From an uncultured Alteromonadaceae bacterium (GTDB lineage: Bacteria; Pseudomonadota; Gammaproteobacteria; Pseudomonadales; Halieaceae), in assembly GCA_964346555.1 (NCBI GenBank), contig CAYFVJ010000001.1:4779-68778 (forward strand): DNA of 64,000 bases, in the 5' to 3' direction. Made by a program: the position numbers and the translations under genes. Positions 9,094-17,995 of the stretch are shown one piece after another. How positions within the stretch are numbered: position 1 is the stretch's first letter; each line of letters starts with the position of its first letter. The notes below the pieces were generated by a model that saw only the letters and a program-made list of their open reading frames with translations, was not told where the DNA came from and searched no databases.

Positions 9094-9833
9094 GAAGTGA
9101 AGCCGCGCGGGTTTCTGTCACCGTAGCGAAGACTCCCCCAGATAATCAACTCATTGCCCACCTGTCGACTGTGCAGCGGCGCGATGCTCGGAAAATCGGC
9201 CGCGTCCGGGGTGCCGAGTTGTCCTATGGCGTTGTACCCCCCGACGAATAGCGGTGCCAAAGTCAGCACCGCGGCATCCGCCAATCGTTCCCGCAGGAAC
9301 GCGCTTATCACGGACGCGCCGCCCTCTATCATCAGGCTGCGAATGCCGAGCCGGTGCACGGTTTCCATGGCCTGGTGCAGGTCGATATGGCCGGCATCGT
9401 TGCCGGGGACCACGATCAGCTTGCAGCCACGGCGAGTGGCTTCGCCGACCTGCGTTGTCAGCACCCAGCAGCGCTGTTCATCGCTCTGGCAAAGTCGGCT
9501 TGCCGGGGGCATGCGCAACTGACTGTCCAGCACGATGGGCTGTGGGTCACTGCCGGGCCATTCGCGTACGGTGAGTCTCGGATCATCGGCGATAACCGTA
9601 CCAATGCCAACCAGAATGCCGTCGTGCAGGCTGCGCAGCTGATGCGTCATTCGCAGGCTGGAGTCGCTACTCAGTGCCAATGTCGTGCCGGGCGCAGTGG
9701 TAATGCTGCCGTCACAGCTCTGGGCATAACTCAGCGTGATGTGGGGGCGCGGGCGATGAATACTGGGAGGTGAAGAGTGAAAGCGGGTCTGCTCACTGAC
9801 CAGCCACTGTTCAATATCCTGATTTAGGGTCAT
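9090..9833 (-). CDS. stand-alone RibD C-terminal-domain reductase (dihydrofolate-reductase-like fold)
   Basis: 247 aa. It contains HITLSYAQSCDGSI, DGILVGIGTVIADDPRLTVR and SLMIEGGASVISAFL, as in the pyrimidine-reductase domain of RibD. There is no deaminase domain. Confidence 0.75.
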   Translation of the reverse strand: MTLNQDIEQWLVSEQTRFHSSPPSIHRPRPHITLSYAQSCDGSITTAPGTTLALSSDSSLRMTHQLRSLHDGILVGIGTVIADDPRLTVREWPGSDPQPIVLDSQLRMPPASRLCQSDEQRCWVLTTQVGEATRRGCKLIVVPGNDAGHIDLHQAMETVHRLGIRSLMIEGGASVISAFLRERLADAAVLTLAPLFVGGYNAIGQLGTPDAADFPSIAPLHSRQVGNELIIWGSLRYGDRNPRGFTS

Positions 9834-9884
9834 GCGCTGAGAGCTTTTTCAATAAGACACAGCTGAAGGTCGCTATATTGAGTG

Positions 9885-9890
9885 ATTATA
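9885..9890 (-). promoter_or_regulatory. possible -10 hexamer (TATAAT on minus strand) for the RibD_C/MDR/PTPS operon
   Basis: A perfect TATAAT lies 52 nt upstream of ATG 9833, in the AT-richer 208-bp divergent spacer. I found no convincing -35. Confidence 0.25.
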
Positions 9891-10041
9891 AAGGTATGGG
9901 CCTCACGGCTTGTTTCAGCTATCGACATACGTCACTCTGTGGCATTTCCGGTCTCATGATACTACGCCTGTAGCATCCCGTTAGTATGCATCTAAACACT
10001 ATTGAATTAGGACATGTTGCCGACAACGGATCAAGCGACCC

Positions 10042-11094
10042 GTGAGCCGCGACGTCGTGCATTTTGCGTTTCCCGGATCTCTGGATACGCTGACCGGCGG
10101 CACTATCTACGATCGTCAATTGATAGATAATCTGCGCTTACTCGGACTCGATGTCGCCACACTCGCCCTGTCGGGGCAATTTCCTTTCCCCGACGCCCGG
10201 GCCCTGCAAGAGACGCGTGAGGCGCTATCCGCCCTGCAGGACGATGCGGTCGTGATCATCGACGGTCTGGCTCTCGGTGCGTTTGACGAGCTGACAGCCG
10301 CACAAGCGCAGCGTCTGCGGATCATCGCGCTGTGCCATCATCCGCTGGAGCTGGAGTCGGGGCTCCAACCGCAGCAGCAAGAGCGTTTCCACGTATCTGA
10401 GCAGCGTGTACTGCAGGGCGCGCGCGCGGTCCTGGTGACCAGTGAGCATACCCGGCAGACCGTGATCGCCGCATTCGCCCTGTCCCCGGAGCGCGTGATT
10501 GTTGCACGACCCGGCACCGGCCGTATTCCATTTGCCGATTGCAATGGTCATCCGCCACGCCTATTGGCTCTGGGTTCATTGATCAGAAGGAAAGCGCACA
10601 ATGTATTGATCGATGCGCTGGCACCCTTGACACATCTGCCCTGGCAGGCGCGATTTGCAGGCAGCGCGGCGTTCGATCCGGCATGGAGCGACCAGCTGCA
10701 GCAGCAGGTCGATCGTCTGGGCCTGCAGTCGCGTATCTGCTTTGCAGGCACGGTGGACGATCCCGCGCTGGAATTTCGCGCTGCCGACCTGTTTGTTCTG
10801 CCATCGCGCTATGAGGGCTACGGTATGGTTTTCGCGGAGGCGCTGGCCGCGGGGCTGCCCGTCATCGCGGCGCGCGCTGGTGCGGTGCCCGACCTGGTAC
10901 CCGAATCTGCCGGCCTCCTGGTGCCACCTGATGATGCGCGGGCCTTGACAGTGGCCCTGCGCACGCTGCTGACGCAGGAGAATCTGCGCCGGCAATTGCA
11001 GGCCGGCGCCCGGCGTGCCGCTGCCGCGCTGCCGACCTGGAGCGATACCGCGGGACGTGTGGCCCACCTGATTGATGCTGTGCGATCAGCATGA
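10042..11094 (+). CDS. glycosyltransferase family 4 (GT-B fold)
   Basis: 350 aa with the EX7E motif PSRYEGYGMVFAEALAAGLPVIA. The start is GTG 10042 (alternative GTG 10057). Confidence 0.85.
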   Translation: MSRDVVHFAFPGSLDTLTGGTIYDRQLIDNLRLLGLDVATLALSGQFPFPDARALQETREALSALQDDAVVIIDGLALGAFDELTAAQAQRLRIIALCHHPLELESGLQPQQQERFHVSEQRVLQGARAVLVTSEHTRQTVIAAFALSPERVIVARPGTGRIPFADCNGHPPRLLALGSLIRRKAHNVLIDALAPLTHLPWQARFAGSAAFDPAWSDQLQQQVDRLGLQSRICFAGTVDDPALEFRAADLFVLPSRYEGYGMVFAEALAAGLPVIAARAGAVPDLVPESAGLLVPPDDARALTVALRTLLTQENLRRQLQAGARRAAAALPTWSDTAGRVAHLIDAVRSA

Positions 11095-11903
11095 GCGGAT
11101 TCTCTACCGACTGGCTTGACCTGCGGGAAGATGCCGACCGGCGCGCCCGTGACAGAGAGCTCATGGCGCGGGCGCGGCAGTGGCTGCACCCGGGTGGCCC
11201 CGCAACGCAGGCGCCGCTGGTGGTCGACCTGGGGGCTGGCACGGGCTCTACTCTGCGTGCATTTGACGATCCGATGCATCGGCCTGTGGCCTGGCGCCTT
11301 GTGGATCACGATTCCACGCTGCTCGCTGAGGCCCATCGGCGCCACGGCACTCAGCATCACCTGGAGACGGTTGTTGCGGATCTGGCGCAGATTTCTGCGC
11401 TGCCCCTGCGCGATGCCCGCCTGATCACCGCCTCGGCCCTGTTCGATCTGGTCTCTGCGGGATTTATCGACGCGCTCGCGCAAGTGTTGCGAAAGCAGTG
11501 TCGTCACAGCCCGGTCGGCCTCTATGCGGCACTGAACTACGATGGTTCGACCCGCTGGACACCCGCGCATCCGCTCGATGACGTCGTTCTGGAGCGGTTC
11601 AATCGAGATCAGCGTCGCGACAAGGGCTTTGGACCGGCCCTGGGGCCCGACGCCCGCGATGCAATAAAGCGAGCGTTCACCCAGGCTGGCTTTGAGGTCC
11701 GTTACGCCGCCAGTCCCTGGGTACTTGATGGCGCCGACGAGGCGCTGGTGGCGGCGTTGGCAGGCGGTATCGGTGATGCCGTGGCCGGCGGCTCGGGACT
11801 CGATGCCAGTGCGCTGGCGGACTGGCTTCGCTTTCGACTCGCCCAGGCGCCGTTCGGTACCTGCACGGTAGGACATGCGGACCTGCTGGCGTTGCCGCAC
11901 TGA
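11091..11903 (+). CDS. class I SAM-dependent methyltransferase
   Basis: 270 aa with SAM motif I, VVDLGAGTGS. Its ATG overlaps the GT4 stop (ATGA at 11091-11094). Confidence 0.7.
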   Translation: MSGFSTDWLDLREDADRRARDRELMARARQWLHPGGPATQAPLVVDLGAGTGSTLRAFDDPMHRPVAWRLVDHDSTLLAEAHRRHGTQHHLETVVADLAQISALPLRDARLITASALFDLVSAGFIDALAQVLRKQCRHSPVGLYAALNYDGSTRWTPAHPLDDVVLERFNRDQRRDKGFGPALGPDARDAIKRAFTQAGFEVRYAASPWVLDGADEALVAALAGGIGDAVAGGSGLDASALADWLRFRLAQAPFGTCTVGHADLLALPH

Positions 11904-11917
11904 TCGCCGGGCACCAA

Positions 11918-12664
11918 TCACACCAGGCGTCGGGCATAGACATCACCGCTGCCATTCAGCGTTGCCTCGAGTTCGCGACTTATTTCGCGCGGCGTGCGCC
12001 AGCGATCAAACTGCAGGCGATGTGTCTCACCGGGCGCCAGGTTGTATTCATACCGGCCAAGCGCTTCCAGCCGCTGGACGCACGCCAGCGCCATCGCGAC
12101 TGCTGCCGGAATGTATTCGAACGACAGCGCTGCCAGCGGTCTGGAAAGGCCCTGGAGAACCTGCAGCTCAAAGCCCTCTACATCGATCTTGCAGAAGCGC
12201 GGCTCGCCGTACGTCTCGATCAGGGCATCGAGGGTCGTCACCGGTACGGTCACCTGACGGTCCCAGTGCACAGACTCGAAAGACGGGTCCTGCCGCACGC
12301 GTGAGATCCACTCAGATGACATCGTGGTGACGGTAGGCGTCCGCGTGCTGATGAACAGGGTAGCCTCACCCGGCTCGGCGGCGACAGCCTTTGCCACCAA
12401 CGCAATGGCCGCATCCTTGCCATAGCGTTGTTGCAGAGTATGTCTCAGCAGCGGCTGGGGCTCCACCGCCACGACCCGTGCCCCCAGTGTCCGCCAGGCC
12501 TGCAGCCGGTTGCCCACGTGGGCGCCGATATCGAAACACAGATCATCGTGCCCGATAAACTGTGCATAACACCGCTGCATGCGGCGTTGGCGGCCGGGAA
12601 TGCCGTAATACATCAGTAGGGAGCGCCACAAACCGAGCCGTTCGCGCCAGCGGGTACCTGCCAT
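11918..12664 (-). CDS. FkbM-family methyltransferase
   Basis: The ORF extends to 12733, but ATG 12664 forms a TGATG junction with the upstream gene stop. It has the FkbM-like motif CFDIGAHVGNRLQAW. Confidence 0.75.
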   Translation of the reverse strand: MAGTRWRERLGLWRSLLMYYGIPGRQRRMQRCYAQFIGHDDLCFDIGAHVGNRLQAWRTLGARVVAVEPQPLLRHTLQQRYGKDAAIALVAKAVAAEPGEATLFISTRTPTVTTMSSEWISRVRQDPSFESVHWDRQVTVPVTTLDALIETYGEPRFCKIDVEGFELQVLQGLSRPLAALSFEYIPAAVAMALACVQRLEALGRYEYNLAPGETHRLQFDRWRTPREISRELEATLNGSGDVYARRLV

Positions 12665-14259
12665 CAGTTGCGTATCTCCAGCGACTCGGAAAAAGCCGAT
12701 ATAAAGCGGTTCCGCAGGCGATCCATACGCCATACCGGTGCGTTCTGATCCGGCAGCATGCCGGGCTGCCAGTGCCAGCTGTCGATGGCCTCTGTCATTG
12801 CCGGGTCCTTTGCAATCAGGTGCACCGGGACGTCCCAGTTAGCTTTGTCGCCCGAGATCATCGGCGCCGGTGGATGGTCGCCCAGCAACAGCAGCACCAG
12901 ATTCTCGTCACCGTATTCCTCAAGATAGGCAATCAGCGTTTCCAGCATGTATTCAATCGAGCGGCGGTAGTGGTCGCGTATTCTTTGCAGGTCGCTCCAC
13001 ACCTGTTCGGGCGTGGGCCCGGCCTGCGCCTGAGCGTTGAATATCCGGCCGTCGCGCACCTGGTCCCAGGGTACCAGTCGGGCTATCGGGGTCCAGGGTG
13101 CATGGGATGAAATCAGGGCGATCTCGGCCATCAGCGCCTGTCGATCTCCAGCCTCGCGTTCACGTGCCTGCAGAGCAGACCAGACGTACTGATCGGGCAT
13201 GGTCACCCAGTTGAACGGCAGACCCTCGTAGCCAAAATTGCCGGCGTTGTAGACCTGGTCATAGCCATAATAGGCGCCCTCCGGCCAGGCCATGCTGATA
13301 GCGGGCAGTGCGGCGACGCTGCGCCAGCCGGCTTCGCGAAACAGCTGGTTGAGCGCAACCCGGTCACTGACGAGCAGGCTGCGGTAGCGGGTTTCACTGT
13401 CAATCCATGCCCCGGACAGGAGCGTGGCATGTGCCAGCCAGCTCTGCCCACCGACGACTGGCGCGGTGAGAAAGGCGCTGCGCACATGAAAACCCGCCGA
13501 GTCGAGTGCCTCTTCAGCCCGCGACAGGCTGGCCGTTATCGACGCCGAAAAAGGTGGGTGTTCCAATAAAACCCGCCCGTAGGACTCCGCGAAAACGATA
13601 AAGACATCCTTGCCTTCAAGTCTGGAGAACAGTGAATCGGCGCGTTGCCCGGCCACGGGATCATCGCCGACCGTGTCGGCGAACGCGCGCATATCCTGTA
13701 GGCTGTCCACGGTGTCCTGCGCGTGCTGGATCAACTGCTGTGACGTGAAAGCATCGGCGCGTGGTGACCAACCTGTCGTTTTCAGTAGTCCCCAGGTGAG
13801 CAGCAGCATCAAAAGCGTCGCTGTGGACCGGCGTGGCGTCCGTTGCAGACGCCGCTGCAGGTGTCCCAGCGTCAGCGAGGCCAGCCAAACCAACAGCAGC
13901 GTCAGTAGCACCACAAACACGCCGGCCAGGATAGAGGTCAATGTGTTCGCCGCACCGCTCAGCAATCGACCGGCGTCCGCCAGCAGATGGCTGTCGAATA
14001 TCAGATTGAAGCGCCTGCCGAAAATCTCATGGGTAATCAGGTCGGCGATCCGCAGAATGACAGCAAATCCGAGTGACAATGCCAGAAGGATTTGAACCCC
14101 TTTGCCGAATCGACCGGGAATCAGAAGCAACAGGCCCATCACGACCAGCTCCAGGGGGAAAACACAAAACGCTTCGCCGGTGATCCAGTCCAGCCGGTTC
14201 GGCAGGACCAGAACAACAAAGACGACGACAACGGCGGTGGCAGTGATCAGGCCTTGCAC
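12664..14259 (-). CDS. membrane-anchored sulfatase-like (alkaline-phosphatase superfamily) hydrolase/transferase, LtaS/OpgB/EptA-like
   Basis: 531 aa with about 5 N-terminal TM helices followed by a soluble domain carrying DVFIVFAESYGR, ISSHAPW and LLLLGDHPP motifs. The GTG start overlaps the kef stop by 13 nt. Confidence 0.65.
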   Translation of the reverse strand: MQGLITATAVVVVFVVLVLPNRLDWITGEAFCVFPLELVVMGLLLLIPGRFGKGVQILLALSLGFAVILRIADLITHEIFGRRFNLIFDSHLLADAGRLLSGAANTLTSILAGVFVVLLTLLLVWLASLTLGHLQRRLQRTPRRSTATLLMLLLTWGLLKTTGWSPRADAFTSQQLIQHAQDTVDSLQDMRAFADTVGDDPVAGQRADSLFSRLEGKDVFIVFAESYGRVLLEHPPFSASITASLSRAEEALDSAGFHVRSAFLTAPVVGGQSWLAHATLLSGAWIDSETRYRSLLVSDRVALNQLFREAGWRSVAALPAISMAWPEGAYYGYDQVYNAGNFGYEGLPFNWVTMPDQYVWSALQAREREAGDRQALMAEIALISSHAPWTPIARLVPWDQVRDGRIFNAQAQAGPTPEQVWSDLQRIRDHYRRSIEYMLETLIAYLEEYGDENLVLLLLGDHPPAPMISGDKANWDVPVHLIAKDPAMTEAIDSWHWQPGMLPDQNAPVWRMDRLRNRFISAFSESLEIRN

Positions 14260-15815
14260 GAATTGCCCGTTGTGGCGACCTGCGTGAGTGTATGTTCCGC
14301 AAGCCCCACGCCCGCCTCGCTGAAGGTCAGGTAGGCGTGGTCCGCGCCGGCCTCCTGGATAGTATCCGCCTCATCCCGAAAGGCGGTATGGGCGACAATA
14401 AGACCGCTGTAGCCGCGCTTGCGCAGGTTCCGGGTGGCTAGAAGCTTGGCCTCGATGTCATTCATCGCCAGTATGACCCCTTTGACTTCCGGCATTGCCA
14501 GCCGCTCCCAGAATACCGGATCTTCGGCATCGGCATAGAATACACGGCGGTCTTTCTCGAGGTGGTCCTCCATCTTGGACGGATCCGAGTCCAGGCCGAC
14601 CAGGTGCGGCTCGACTGCCCGCAGATGCTCGTAGGCCGCAGTGCCGGTGCGTCCCATGCCCATGATCAGAATGTGCGCGTCCTGCAGCGATATGGGCTGT
14701 TCATCCGGGTGGCGCAGGTCGCGCTCGAAGGGGGACAGTCGATCTGCCAATGCCTCGTACATCGGGTGAGCAATTCGATTCAGTGGGGCGGAGATGACGA
14801 ATGACAGCGCCACCGTCAGCGCCAGCGGCACCAACCATTCGGGCAGCACCACGCTGGCGACAATGAGGCCGAATTCGCTGTAGTTGGTCAGACTCAGCCC
14901 GGCGAGAAACGCGCTGCGCGAGCGCAGGCGGAACAGGAGCAGAAGCAGGAAAAACAGCACGCCCTTGAGAGGCAGAACCAGCGACATAACCAGCGCCATG
15001 ATCAGGGCCTGACCATCGGGCAGACCGCCGATGCCGATCTGCAGGAAGAACCCTACCAGGAAAATTTCCTTGATGCCCCAGAGTGAATCCGACAGCTCCT
15101 TGGCGCGCGGATGGTTTGCCAGCAGGGCACCAAACAGCAGGGCGCCGAGCTCGGAGCTCAAACCGACGGACTCGAAGCCGTAGCCGCCGGCGGCCAGCGC
15201 CAGCAGCAGGCCAAACAACAGCATGAGTTCCTCGTGGCCGCTGGAGTCGAGCAGACGGTAGAGCACAGGTCGCAATACCGGCAGCAGGAATACCAGCAGC
15301 GCCCATGCGGACGGGGACGTGCCACCCGCGATACTCATGACCACCAGGGCGACCAGGTCCTGCACGATCAGAATACCGATGGCGACACGCCCATGGAAAG
15401 CGCGCAGCTCTTTCTTTGCCTCCAGAACCTTGGCCGCAAGTACCGTACTGGAGAACGACAGAGCGATGGCGAGCAAAAGGGAAGTGCGCAGGTCCAGGCC
15501 TGCCAGGAGCCAGAGAGCCGGGGCAAAAACGCCGACACTGACGGCAAAGTGAAGCAGCCCGCTGCCGATGACTTCGGGTCGCACCAGACTTTTCAGTTTC
15601 AGCTTCAATCCCACGGTGAAGAGCAGAAGGAGCACACCCAGATGCGCGATATGCTCAAGGATGACGCCATTTTCAAGCGGCAGGCCGAGTAGGTCGCTCG
15701 CTCCGCTCAGGGCAAATCCCGCGGCCAGGTAACCCACCAGGGGCGGCAGGCCAATGGCGCGCACCAGCATTCCCAGCGTGAATGCGAAAGTGAGCCAGAC
15801 GGCTTCAATGATCAT
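14247..15815 (-). CDS. Kef-type cation:proton antiporter (CPA2) with C-terminal TrkA-N/RCK domain
   Basis: The polytopic N-terminal part is followed by ILIMGMGRTGTAAYEHL (GxGxxG). ATG 15815 is preceded by GGGGAG. The ORF extends to GTG 15845. Confidence 0.85.
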   Translation of the reverse strand: MIIEAVWLTFAFTLGMLVRAIGLPPLVGYLAAGFALSGASDLLGLPLENGVILEHIAHLGVLLLLFTVGLKLKLKSLVRPEVIGSGLLHFAVSVGVFAPALWLLAGLDLRTSLLLAIALSFSSTVLAAKVLEAKKELRAFHGRVAIGILIVQDLVALVVMSIAGGTSPSAWALLVFLLPVLRPVLYRLLDSSGHEELMLLFGLLLALAAGGYGFESVGLSSELGALLFGALLANHPRAKELSDSLWGIKEIFLVGFFLQIGIGGLPDGQALIMALVMSLVLPLKGVLFFLLLLLFRLRSRSAFLAGLSLTNYSEFGLIVASVVLPEWLVPLALTVALSFVISAPLNRIAHPMYEALADRLSPFERDLRHPDEQPISLQDAHILIMGMGRTGTAAYEHLRAVEPHLVGLDSDPSKMEDHLEKDRRVFYADAEDPVFWERLAMPEVKGVILAMNDIEAKLLATRNLRKRGYSGLIVAHTAFRDEADTIQEAGADHAYLTFSEAGVGLAEHTLTQVATTGNSCKA

Positions 15816-16046
15816 CCGGTATTGCTCCCCGTGCTTCAGACGCACACAACATAGCTATTAAGGATACGAATATCACCTGCTAATTGCGCTATGCGCTAGG
15901 AGCCTGAGTCCGTCAGGTTCCTGGTGCAATTGACGGACCGCCCCGATGGACTCGCGCACGCGCAGTGCATGGCACTCCTCCTGCAGTAATTACGGCAAAC
16001 CCGCTATCATAAAACAATGCCTGGCCACCTCGCTGGAGAACACTGA

Positions 16047-16613
16047 ATGAGCAGAACGACAATGATCAGGCGACGCAGCCTGTTGCAGGCCATGGGCACG
16101 ACACTGCTCGCGGCGGCGCTGCCGTCCTGGGCGCGTACGACGAAGGAGGCTGTAGAGAATATGCAGGATAACTGGCACCAGTATCTGGCTGAGGCAGTGG
16201 ATCCCCCATCACCGACAGACAAGGTCACGCTTGAAGCGGCGGCCTGGCGCGAACGCCTTGACCGGCTAGCCTACGACGTTCTTCGCGACGAAGGTACGGA
16301 GCGTCCGTTCAGCAGCAGCCTCAATGATGAGAAGCGGGCCGGCGTGTACCTCTGTGCAGGTTGTGACCTGCCGCTGTTCACCTCGGAAATGAAATTTGAC
16401 AGCGGTACCGGCTGGCCGAGTTTTTTCACGTCGATTCCGGGCCATGTGGACACCAAGCGCGATTTCAAGCTGGTGTGGCCGCGCACGGAGTATCACTGCA
16501 CACGCTGTGGCGGGCACCAGGGGCACGTGTTCAATGACGGGCCGGCGCCAACGGGCGAGCGCTGGTGTAATAACGGTGTCGCACTGCGCTTTGTGCCCCG
16601 GGACAGCGACTGA
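16047..16613 (+). CDS. msrB: peptide-methionine (R)-S-oxide reductase with twin-arginine signal peptide
   Basis: The SelR domain has two CxxC zinc motifs (CAGC, CTRC), the active-site RWCNNG, and GTGWPSF. The N-terminus MIRRRSLLQAMGTTLLAAALPSWA looks like a Tat signal. Confidence 0.9.
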   Translation: MSRTTMIRRRSLLQAMGTTLLAAALPSWARTTKEAVENMQDNWHQYLAEAVDPPSPTDKVTLEAAAWRERLDRLAYDVLRDEGTERPFSSSLNDEKRAGVYLCAGCDLPLFTSEMKFDSGTGWPSFFTSIPGHVDTKRDFKLVWPRTEYHCTRCGGHQGHVFNDGPAPTGERWCNNGVALRFVPRDSD

Positions 16614-16679
16614 TTCGGACGTCGCTTTTGACCTGAGCCCGAGGGCGGCGGTACTCTGAAAACTGAACGTCCGGGGTTC

Positions 16680-17177
16680 GTGGAGCTTATGGCGACACAT
16701 TTGGTGGCTGCGCGCATCGTACTGCAGCGGGGGCTCTTGCTCAGTGGCCTATGGTGGGTACTTACCGGTGGCGCACCGGGATCGTGGAGCGTGGGCGCAC
16801 CGGCCATCCTGGCGGGGGCTTATGTCAGCGGGCGCCTGTTACCGCGCTCGCCCGTAAATATTCTGCAATTATTGCTTTTTGTGCCGCGCTTTCTGCTGAG
16901 ATCGCTGCTTGCCGCCTTCGACGTGGCAAGACGCACGCTGGCGCCCCGACAGGCTATCGATCCGGGACTGCTGACGTTTGAGACGCGTTTATCCGCGGGG
17001 ATCGCGCGAGTCGTTTTCATGGATACGGTGTCCCTCTTGCCCGGCACGCTATGTGCTGCACACGATGATCACACGCTCACGGTGCATGTCCTGGACTGCG
17101 GGCAGGATCATGCACCCAGGCTCGCGGCGCTGGAGGCTAATATAGCGCGTATCTTTCCGGGGTCGCTGCGTGGCTGA
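16680..17177 (+). CDS. mrpE: Mrp/Mnh-type cation:proton antiporter subunit E
   Basis: 165 aa (GTG 16680, alternative ATG 16689) with an MnhE-like N-terminus LLSGLWWVLTG. It is the first gene of a chain of overlapping genes. Confidence 0.75.
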   Translation: MELMATHLVAARIVLQRGLLLSGLWWVLTGGAPGSWSVGAPAILAGAYVSGRLLPRSPVNILQLLLFVPRFLLRSLLAAFDVARRTLAPRQAIDPGLLTFETRLSAGIARVVFMDTVSLLPGTLCAAHDDHTLTVHVLDCGQDHAPRLAALEANIARIFPGSLRG

Positions 17178-17439
17178 CGCCGTGATCCTGCCCCTGAGCC
17201 TGTTTCTCCTGGGTAATCTCCTGGCGGGTCTATGGCGCCTGCTGGTCGGACCAACCCCGGCGGATCGTCTGCTGACTTCGCAGTTGTTTGCCACCACCGC
17301 CGTCGCCATCCTGCTGCTTTATGCCGATTGGCAGTCCATGCCGGCCCTGCGTGATGTAGCCCTCGTTTTTGCCCTACTGGGTGCAGTTACTGCGGTTGCG
17401 TTTGTGCGGCGGGCGTCGCCGGCGCGCGAGGCGGAATAA
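17170..17439 (+). CDS. mrpF: Mrp/Mnh antiporter subunit F
   Basis: 89-aa 3-TM protein with LLVGPTPADRLL, as in MnhF/PhaF. Its GTG overlaps the mrpE stop by 8 nt. Confidence 0.75.
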   Translation: MADAVILPLSLFLLGNLLAGLWRLLVGPTPADRLLTSQLFATTAVAILLLYADWQSMPALRDVALVFALLGAVTAVAFVRRASPAREAE

Positions 17440-17732
17440 TGATGTGGTTGGCGACACTCTGTCTGGTGCTCGGCGGATTTTTCTTTTTCGCCGGCACCGT
17501 CGGCCTGCTGAGACTGCCGGATGTGTACTCGCGGCTGCACGCGCTGACCAAGGCAGACAATGTGGGCCTCGGACTCATTGTTGCCGGGCTCGCTCTGCGC
17601 GCTGGCTCTCCCACAGAGGCGGCGAAGATGGTTCTTGTCTGGGGGCTTGTGCTTATTGCCAGTGCCAGTGTCGCTCACCTGGTAGCAACGGACAGCCTGG
17701 CACGCGGTGAGAAACCGTGGCAGCGGCGGTGA
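17439..17732 (+). CDS. mrpG: Mrp/Mnh antiporter subunit G
   Basis: 97 aa with RLPDVYSRLHALTKADNVG, typical of MnhG. It is joined to mrpF by a TAATG junction. Confidence 0.8.
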   Translation: MMWLATLCLVLGGFFFFAGTVGLLRLPDVYSRLHALTKADNVGLGLIVAGLALRAGSPTEAAKMVLVWGLVLIASASVAHLVATDSLARGEKPWQRR

Positions 17733-17995
17733 TACTGCCCTGGCTGTTTGATCTCAGCCTGGCGGTGGGTCTGCTGTGGCTGGCGTGGCGCTGCCTGTTC
17801 AGTCGCGACCTGTTCGAGTCAGTGGTCCTGTTTGTCGCTTTTGGCCTGCTCATGGCGCTGGCCTGGATGCGTCTGCAGGCGCCGGATGTCGCAATGGCAG
17901 AAGCCGCCATCGGGGCAGGACTGACAGGGGCGCTGCTGATGTCCGCGCTGGCGCGGCTGCAGCGATTGCAGGCGACCGGAGAGAAAGATCAGTGA
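17717..17995 (+). CDS. DUF4040 / MbhD-like small membrane subunit (MrpA C-terminal-like)
   Basis: 92 aa with the motif LQAPDVAMAEAAIGAGLTGALL. It overlaps mrpG by 16 nt. Confidence 0.7.
   Translation: MAAAVILPWLFDLSLAVGLLWLAWRCLFSRDLFESVVLFVAFGLLMALAWMRLQAPDVAMAEAAIGAGLTGALLMSALARLQRLQATGEKDQ

Noticed and set aside
9919-10119. A 66-aa minus-strand ORF inside the divergent spacer that overlaps the GT4 start.
   Set aside because: It overlaps the glycosyltransferase 5' end, has no motif or ribosome-binding site, and sits where promoters are expected.
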